From a virus (taxonomy: Duplodnaviria > Caudoviricetes), in IMG/VR virus record IMGVR_UViG_3300021356_000031, positions 1-50,429 of that record: a stretch of DNA of 50,429 nucleotides. One strand, given 5' to 3'. Shown here piece after piece: positions 43,743 to 50,429 of the stretch. The notes beneath the pieces are model-generated. The model was not told where the DNA came from and did not search any database. It saw nothing but the letters and a program-made list of their open reading frames with translations. Made by a program: the position numbers and the translations under genes. Position 1 is the first letter of the stretch, and the number at the start of each line of letters is the position of its first letter.

Positions 43743-44056
43743 TGAGTTTATTCAAAACGATTAAAAAATTAGTAGCTGAAGTAAATCAAAAAACAAACTA
43801 CGGTGGTGTTCAAGAGCTACCCATGTATGGGATTGGATACGATGAAAAAATCCAATATAATGAAGGGGGTCAGACTATGTACGGTAAAGATAAAAAGAAA
43901 GGTATGATGTACGGTGGTATGAGCCGTAAGAATAAGATGGGCGGTGGGCGTTCTATGTACGGTCATGGCGGTAAAGCTTCTTCAGGTATTTATGAAATGG
44001 AAGCAGCTTGTAATGAAATGGCTGGATATAACAAAAGTGCGGCAAGAGGCAAATGA
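43742..44056 (+). CDS. Small Gly/Met/Lys-rich protein with four GG tags
   Basis: KIQYNEGG, KKGMMYGG, RKNKMGGG, RSMYGHGG. Confidence 0.65.
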   Translation: MSLFKTIKKLVAEVNQKTNYGGVQELPMYGIGYDEKIQYNEGGQTMYGKDKKKGMMYGGMSRKNKMGGGRSMYGHGGKASSGIYEMEAACNEMAGYNKSAARGK

Positions 44057-44196
44057 GAGTATCGGCCCCTAAAGGCTATCACTGGATGAAATCTGGTAAG
44101 TCTTACAAGCTTATGAAAGATCCTAAAGACGGATATAAGCCCCACAAGGGCGCAAGCAAGTCAGCAAACTTTGAGGTTCAAAAGGTACATAAATAA
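44053..44196 (+). CDS. 47-aa basic protein (not in ORF track)
   Basis: MRVSAPKGYHWMKSGKSYKLMKDPKDGYKPHKGASKSANFEVQKVHK; coupled by ATGA and TAATG overlaps. Confidence 0.7.
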   Translation: MRVSAPKGYHWMKSGKSYKLMKDPKDGYKPHKGASKSANFEVQKVHK

Positions 44197-44966
44197 TGGC
44201 TGCAACATATCTACAAATAACCAATGAACTTCTGCGAGAGCTAAATGAGGTTGCGTTGACTTCTGCAACTTTTGCTGGTGCTATTGGTATTCAACAACAT
44301 GTCAAAGATGTAGTCAATAGGGCTTACTTTGATATAGTTAATGAAGAACCTCAGTGGCCTTTTCTAGCAGCTAATTTAAGTGGTGAAACAGACCCTATGT
44401 ACGGCAATGTGTATGTAGAAACTGTGGCAGGACAGCGTTGGTATAATTTAAAACCTTCTAGTTCTTCTCTAACCACTGACTATGGTTATGTTGATTGGGA
44501 TAACTTTTATTTAACTACTGTAGGTGTATCAGGAGAAACAGCACCTTATGTTGCACGTAACTTGCGTTTTACTACTATAGAATCTTGGAAAGACTATCGA
44601 CGTATTCCAGAAAACTTAGATGATGCAGATACCCAGCAATATGGTGTACCTGACCGTGTAATTAAAAGTCCTGATAATCGTAAGTTTGGACTAAGCGCAA
44701 TACCTGATAAAGTATATCGTGTTTGGTTTTATGCTTACGTATTACCTACAGAACTTTCAGCTTTTGGTGATGAAATAGTTTTTCCAGATGTATATAAAAC
44801 AGTTTTGCTTGCAAGAGCTAGATATTATGTACATCAGTTTAAAGAAAATACACAAGAAGCGGCCTTTGCTCTGGAAGATTATAAACGTGGATTACGTTTA
44901 ATGAAACTTCATTTAATGGAGCCTACGCCCGGATATTTTAAAGATGACCGTATGAGGTTTGTATAA
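44196..44966 (+). CDS. Tail adaptor / tail tubular protein A-like
   Basis: MAATYLQITNELLRELNE N-terminus; position after the head genes. Confidence 0.75.
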   Translation: MAATYLQITNELLRELNEVALTSATFAGAIGIQQHVKDVVNRAYFDIVNEEPQWPFLAANLSGETDPMYGNVYVETVAGQRWYNLKPSSSSLTTDYGYVDWDNFYLTTVGVSGETAPYVARNLRFTTIESWKDYRRIPENLDDADTQQYGVPDRVIKSPDNRKFGLSAIPDKVYRVWFYAYVLPTELSAFGDEIVFPDVYKTVLLARARYYVHQFKENTQEAAFALEDYKRGLRLMKLHLMEPTPGYFKDDRMRFV

Positions 44967-46564
44967 TGTCTCAGCCTTTTGGTATTTCATGCAGAGGTGG
45001 TTTAAACACAAACCTTAATCAGCTTGAAATGCTTCGACAACCCGGCTTTGCTACTAAGCTCAGAAACTTTGAGGTAGATCCTGATGGAGGCTACAGACGA
45101 GTTAACGGGTTTACGCAGTATGGCGATACACGTCCTAATAGTGATAATGATATTCTTGGGATTTTTGTGTATGGCGACGGCGTGGTTGTCTGTTCAGGCA
45201 CTGATATACATTTTAGTATTGATGGCTCAACGTGGATACAAATTAATAAAAGTAGTGTGGCTAATGGTGGTGATGACTATACCACTTTTACGGGTCGCAG
45301 TGCCTTAACACGTACAGGCCAAGGACAATGTTCATTTGCACTTTTTGAAGGTGCGACATTTGATTATGGTGAGTTGATCATTGCAGACGGTGCTAACAAG
45401 CTTTATTCGTTTCGCATGGAAGGTACTGGCGCACTAACGACTCGCACATTTTTTGCGTTTGAAATTACAGTAGATGGTACTAACGGCGTTAAGTATATAG
45501 CAAACCATGATCATCATCTTATTGCAGCAGGTGTACAAAATAACTTAAATACAGTTTATTACAGTGTCTACAACGACCCTGATAACTTTACGGGTACTGG
45601 TGCTGGCTCAGTAGTTATATCAGATCAAATTCAAGGCATTCGTGGCTTCCGTACTGATTTGATTGTATTTGCTAAAAATAGCATTCACAAGCTTATAAAT
45701 ATTAATGACTCTGCAAGTATACGTATTGATCCTATTACAGAAAACGTAGGATGTTTATCAGGCTATAGCATTCAAGAAATTGGTGGTGATTTGTTATTTT
45801 TAAGTCCTGATGGTATTCGTACTATTGCAGGTACAGCACGTATTGGTGACGTTGAGTTAAGTTCTGTGTCTCGACAGATTCAACAAATTATTGGAAATAT
45901 TGCAGACTCAATTAATACATTTACTATTGACAGTTGTGTATTACGTTCTAAATCTCAGTATCGTTTATTTTATACAGACAGTAGTGCAAGTTCATCAGTT
46001 TCTAAAGGCATTATAGGTACCTTTACTCCTAATGGTTTTGAATGGTCTGAAACGCTTGGTATTCAGGCTATGGGACTTACAACAGGATTTGACAATAATG
46101 GAGTTGAAAAAGCTTTTCATGGTGATAAAGATGGGTACATCTATAATCATGATACAGGAGATACTTTTAATCCTCAAGGCTCCGCAGAAAATATAGCTGC
46201 AGAATATCAAACACCTAATTTTGATTTTGGTGATATTGGAACTAGAAAAACTATTAAATATGTACGTCTTTCTGTATCGCCCGAAGGCGAGTGTCAGCCA
46301 ACGCTAAGAATGCGTTTTGATTATGAAGACCCTAATATTACACAGCCCCCAGACTATACACTAGACTCTATTCCTTTACCAGCTATTTTTGGTTCGGCTG
46401 CATTTGGAGTAGCCACTTTTGGCGCTGCTAACGATCCAATGTTTAGACAACCAGTAGAAGGCAGCGGAAATACAATTAGTTTTAGAATTAAAAGCGAAGA
46501 TACTAAAGCGCCATATGCAATTAATGGTCTTTACATAGATTATATGCCATCAGGTAGGAGATAA
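44966..46564 (+). CDS. Tail nozzle / tubular protein B-like
   Basis: 532 aa beta-rich; GGLN, NVGC..SIQEIGGDLLFLSPDGIR. Confidence 0.75.
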   Translation: MSQPFGISCRGGLNTNLNQLEMLRQPGFATKLRNFEVDPDGGYRRVNGFTQYGDTRPNSDNDILGIFVYGDGVVVCSGTDIHFSIDGSTWIQINKSSVANGGDDYTTFTGRSALTRTGQGQCSFALFEGATFDYGELIIADGANKLYSFRMEGTGALTTRTFFAFEITVDGTNGVKYIANHDHHLIAAGVQNNLNTVYYSVYNDPDNFTGTGAGSVVISDQIQGIRGFRTDLIVFAKNSIHKLININDSASIRIDPITENVGCLSGYSIQEIGGDLLFLSPDGIRTIAGTARIGDVELSSVSRQIQQIIGNIADSINTFTIDSCVLRSKSQYRLFYTDSSASSSVSKGIIGTFTPNGFEWSETLGIQAMGLTTGFDNNGVEKAFHGDKDGYIYNHDTGDTFNPQGSAENIAAEYQTPNFDFGDIGTRKTIKYVRLSVSPEGECQPTLRMRFDYEDPNITQPPDYTLDSIPLPAIFGSAAFGVATFGAANDPMFRQPVEGSGNTISFRIKSEDTKAPYAINGLYIDYMPSGRR

Positions 46565-46567
46565 TAA

Positions 46568-49500
46568 ATGGCTCAAAATTACACAAGACAAAGCTCATTT
46601 AGTGATGGCGATACTATTAGTGCCTCTATTTTTAATGATGAGTACAATCAGATAGTTAATGCTTTTTCATATTCTAGTTCGTCAGCATCTTCTACAGGCC
46701 ACAGGCACGATGGTTCCTCTGGTCAAGGCGGTAATATTTTTAAAATTGGCGACCTAGATTTTCTTAATAAAATTGAAGTAGATGACACTAACAATCGTTG
46801 GGGTTTTTATGTAGAAGTTTCTAGTGCGGCTGTAGAGCAAATTCGCATACAAGATGGTGCTATTGTACCTGTTACTAATAATGATATTGATCTAGGTACA
46901 TCTTCTTTAGAGTTTAAAGATTTGTTTCTTGATGGAACTGCTCACATTGATACTCTTGATGTAGATGTAAATGCTACAGTTGCTGGTACATTAGGAGTAA
47001 CTGGAGCAACTACACTGTCTAGTACTTTAGCAGTTACGGGTGCAGTTACAGCTAATGCTGGGGTTGTAGTAGATAATATTACGATAGACGGTACAGAGAT
47101 AGATTTAAGCTCTGGGGATCTTACTGTAGATGTAGCTGGCGATATTATACTAGATGCAGATGGTGGAGATGTACTGTTAAAAGATGCTGGCGTTCAATAT
47201 GCTGCATTAACAAATAATTCAGGTAATTTAATTATTAAATCTGGCTCTACTACTATGCTTACAGCCAGCGGAGCTAATGCTACATTTGCAGGTAATGTAG
47301 ATGTAGACGGTAATTTAACAGTTACAGGCACTACTACTTTTAATGGAGGTACGCTTACTTTAGGTGATGCAGCTTCAGATAATGTAGTTTTTGGAGCAGA
47401 TGTAAACTCAAACATTATACCTAATACAGATAATGCTTATGATTTAGGAAGTTCTTCACAAGAATGGAAGGATCTGTATGTAGATGGTATTGCATACTTA
47501 GATGGTATTAACTTTAATGGTACGGCTATTTCTGCTACTGCTGCTGAAATTAATATTCTTGATGGTGTTACCGCTACAGCCACAGAACTAAACCTGCTGG
47601 ATGGCGTTACTGCTACCACCGCTGAATTGAACTACGTTGATGGGGTTACTTCAGCAATCCAGACACAATTGGATGCTAAGGCTCCTACAGCTTCGCCTAC
47701 GTTTACTGGGACTGTTACTGTTCCCGGCTTAACCACAACCGCTGATGTATCCTTTGGCGACAACGACAAGGCCATCTTTGGTGCTGGTAGTGACCTACAG
47801 ATTTATCACGATGGTAGTCATAGCTACATTGAAGATGCGGCAGGAACTGGAAACCTTAAACTCAGAACCAACACGCTACGAATTGAAAACGCGGCGGGAA
47901 CAGAGTTATCCGCATTGTTTGTGCAAGATGGAGCGGCGACACTCTACAACGACAATACTGCTCGTTTAGCCACCACCTCCACAGGCATCGATGTTACGGG
48001 TGATGTGGTCAGCGATGGTTTGACTGTTGATGGTGATGGTTCTTTTACTGGCAATTTTGAAATATCTGGCTTAAGCCCAAAGATTTTCCTAAATGAAACA
48101 GATACTACAGATGTAAATAGCCGCATAAGAAGTGCTGGCGGTAAGCTAGAAATACAAACAGTAGATAATTCAGATGCTAATCCTGTAACACGTTTTCAAA
48201 TAAACCACTCAACAGGTGATGTCAGCATTCCTAGTGGTGATTTAGACGTAACGGGTACTGTGACGGCTGATGGTTTGACGGTTGATGGCAGTGCAACTAT
48301 TCAAGCAAGTTCAAGCCCGGCGCTAATTGTTAAAGATACAACTAATAATGCTGAAGCAAGGCTTCAAGCATTCAATAGCACTGCAACAGTTGGAACGCAG
48401 TCCAACCATTCATTTAGCATAGAAACAAACGACACTAATCGTGCTTTGTTTGCCTCCAACGGAGACATCAGCTTTTACGAAGACACTGGCACAACTGCTA
48501 AGTTCTTTTGGGATGCTTCTGCGGAGTCTTTGGGCATCGGGACTATCAATCCAACAGGCGATTTAGAAATAGCTACATCAGCAACAGACACGGGCGTTGA
48601 TTTAGTCCTTGATGGTAATAAAACCAGCAATGGCGGTGTTGGAAGCATAATCTTTAATAACAATGGCGACAGCGTTGGCATGATTCGCTCCAACAGAGCA
48701 TCTGCTAATGATGCGGCGGATATGCTGTTTTACACACAGGCTACTGGTGGCGCTAATTCAGAACGCATGCGCATCGACTCCAGCGGCAACGTCGGTATAG
48801 GCACTAGCAGTCCAGTAACCCTTAAATCTTCTACTACATTACAAGTTGATGGTAATGCAAAACTAGGGGATGACAATGGTCGTGGTCTACTTTCATTAGG
48901 AGACATTGCTTCTACTGGAGCTAACGCAGGCATTTGGCGTGGAGCAGCTGGAGCTTATGCAGGGACAGGTAATTTCTTAAATCTTGGTGGTTATGACGGC
49001 ATTACGTTTACGACTGGAAATGCTGATATTTCATCGCAAACAGAACGCATGCGCATTGACTCAAGCGGCAATCTTTTGGTGGGTAAGACTAGTGCTAGTA
49101 GCGCCACTGTAGGGTTCCAAGCTGGACAAGATGGCTTTATTGCGGCAACAAGAGCAAGCGCACAGCCTTTAGTTCTTAACCGCACAACAAACGATGGAAT
49201 CATTGCAGACTTCCGTAAAGACGGCTCAACAGTCGGTAGTATTGGTACTGCTACGGCAGATACTTATCCATATTTTGCTTCATCAACTTTTGGTTTTCGT
49301 TTAAGAAACTCGACAAAAACAATCACACCATCTACAAGCACTGGCGCTAATAACGATGCGGCTGTTGATTTAGGTTATTCAAGTAGCCGCTTCAAAGACC
49401 TCCACCTGTCAGGCAATGTTAATGCGGCACAAGTAAACTTAGCAGATGCTGGTGGCACATTAAGAAACGTCTTAGATTTAGATGGGTCTGACAATTTAAA

Positions 49501-50254
49501 AGTTGGTACAGGCTCTTCTGCTGGAACTAGGGCTATTACCTTCTTCACAGAAAATACGGAGCAGATGAGGCTGGATGCGTCAGGCAACTTGCTGGTGGGG
49601 AAGACTTCTGCCTCTGGTTCCACAGTAGGAGGAGAAATTCGTGCCACTGGTGCTGTTTTAGCAGTACGTGATGGAGATTTCGCTGGATACTTTAACCGTA
49701 AAACATCCGACGGCGAGATTGTACGTTTTGTAAGAGACACCACAACAGTCGGTAGTATTAGTGCTGTTGATAGCGATTTGTTGATTATGTCCTCACAAAG
49801 TGGACATAAAGGTTTACGTTTTGGCAATGGTTATATAGCTCCTACAAATAATAGTGGTGCTGTTGAGGACAACACAACAGACTTAGGTTTAAATTCTTAT
49901 AGATTCCAAGACATTTACGCCGCCAACGGAACGATTCAAACGTCTGACCGCAACGAAAAGCAAGACATCGAAGCACTGTCTGATGCAGAGCAGCGCGTAG
50001 CTGTAGCTTGCAAAGGTTTACTACGCAAGTTCCGCTGGAAGTCTGCCGTAGAAGAAAAAGGCGACGAAGCTCGTATCCACTTTGGAATCATTGCACAAGA
50101 CCTAAAATCAGCATTTGAGGCAGAAGGCTTAGACGCTGGACGCTACGGGATGTTTATCAACACAACATGGACTGATGAAGAAACTGGTGAGGAACGTAGC
50201 CGCATGGGTGTGCGCTACAGTGAACTATTAGCATTCATCATCGCAGCAATCTAG
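46568..50254 (+). CDS. Tail fibre (tip variant B) with C-terminal peptidase S74 intramolecular chaperone
   Basis: N-terminal anchor YTRQSSF..GHRHDG; ERMRIDSSGN modules; TSDRNEKQDI...HFGIIAQDL...GVRYSEL. Confidence 0.92.
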   Translation: MAQNYTRQSSFSDGDTISASIFNDEYNQIVNAFSYSSSSASSTGHRHDGSSGQGGNIFKIGDLDFLNKIEVDDTNNRWGFYVEVSSAAVEQIRIQDGAIVPVTNNDIDLGTSSLEFKDLFLDGTAHIDTLDVDVNATVAGTLGVTGATTLSSTLAVTGAVTANAGVVVDNITIDGTEIDLSSGDLTVDVAGDIILDADGGDVLLKDAGVQYAALTNNSGNLIIKSGSTTMLTASGANATFAGNVDVDGNLTVTGTTTFNGGTLTLGDAASDNVVFGADVNSNIIPNTDNAYDLGSSSQEWKDLYVDGIAYLDGINFNGTAISATAAEINILDGVTATATELNLLDGVTATTAELNYVDGVTSAIQTQLDAKAPTASPTFTGTVTVPGLTTTADVSFGDNDKAIFGAGSDLQIYHDGSHSYIEDAAGTGNLKLRTNTLRIENAAGTELSALFVQDGAATLYNDNTARLATTSTGIDVTGDVVSDGLTVDGDGSFTGNFEISGLSPKIFLNETDTTDVNSRIRSAGGKLEIQTVDNSDANPVTRFQINHSTGDVSIPSGDLDVTGTVTADGLTVDGSATIQASSSPALIVKDTTNNAEARLQAFNSTATVGTQSNHSFSIETNDTNRALFASNGDISFYEDTGTTAKFFWDASAESLGIGTINPTGDLEIATSATDTGVDLVLDGNKTSNGGVGSIIFNNNGDSVGMIRSNRASANDAADMLFYTQATGGANSERMRIDSSGNVGIGTSSPVTLKSSTTLQVDGNAKLGDDNGRGLLSLGDIASTGANAGIWRGAAGAYAGTGNFLNLGGYDGITFTTGNADISSQTERMRIDSSGNLLVGKTSASSATVGFQAGQDGFIAATRASAQPLVLNRTTNDGIIADFRKDGSTVGSIGTATADTYPYFASSTFGFRLRNSTKTITPSTSTGANNDAAVDLGYSSSRFKDLHLSGNVNAAQVNLADAGGTLRNVLDLDGSDNLKVGTGSSAGTRAITFFTENTEQMRLDASGNLLVGKTSASGSTVGGEIRATGAVLAVRDGDFAGYFNRKTSDGEIVRFVRDTTTVGSISAVDSDLLIMSSQSGHKGLRFGNGYIAPTNNSGAVEDNTTDLGLNSYRFQDIYAANGTIQTSDRNEKQDIEALSDAEQRVAVACKGLLRKFRWKSAVEEKGDEARIHFGIIAQDLKSAFEAEGLDAGRYGMFINTTWTDEETGEERSRMGVRYSELLAFIIAAI
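48925..49048 (+). repeat. 124-bp exact direct repeat, copy 2
   Basis: Identical to 1-124. Confidence 0.95.
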
Positions 50255-50263
50255 GAGATTAAA

Positions 50264-50429
50264 ATGGCTACATGGACAATCGCAACACTTGAACGAAACA
50301 CAGACTCAGACCAAGGGGTAATCGTAGCCCACTGGCGGGTAACTGAAACTGAAACTGTGGGTACTGGAGATGACGCTGTAACTTACAGTGCTTCATCCTA
50401 TGGAACCTGTGGCTTCACCCCAGACCCCT
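50264..50429 (+). CDS. Tail-fibre-associated small protein, 3'-truncated (homologue of 2372-2680)
   Basis: MATWTIATLERNTDSDQGVIVAHWRVTETETVG...SSYGTCGFTPDP; AGGAG SD. Confidence 0.8.
   Translation, partial: MATWTIATLERNTDSDQGVIVAHWRVTETETVGTGDDAVTYSASSYGTCGFTPDP

Overview
An essentially complete ~49-kb lytic podovirus-type dsDNA phage genome, circularly permuted inside the tail-fibre gene (positions 1-124 are identical to 48925-49048). It has two oppositely oriented arms. The minus strand (about 35.3 kb down to 18.9 kb) holds small early genes, Gp88-like and DUF932-like genes, an SSB, a T7-like primase-helicase, a family A DNA polymerase (Tyr762 type), nucleases, a class Ia ribonucleotide reductase and MazG. 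The plus strand (36.0 kb through the window end and on through 1-18.9 kb) holds the terminase, portal, scaffold, capsid, tail, tail fibre, large internal (ejection) proteins, lysis genes and small basic proteins. No RNA polymerase, integrase, tRNA or CRISPR array was seen, and four perfect sigma70 promoters are present. The most unusual signals are five. (1) A recurring [RK]xx[FYM]xxGG peptide tag occurs in otherwise unrelated late-arm proteins and brackets an ADP-ribosyltransferase-like domain. (2) Three long hairpins with unrelated stems but an identical GTC-GTAA-GAC apex and 3-nt bulge each sit upstream of an early gene. (3) A dense palindrome array lies downstream of back-to-back consensus promoters. 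(4) Two alternative tail-fibre tips diverge exactly at a nucleotide-conserved module junction. (5) Several compact RNA motifs are present (two pseudoknots and a triplicated scaffold-gene hairpin). All family assignments come from recognising motifs by eye; no database search was run.
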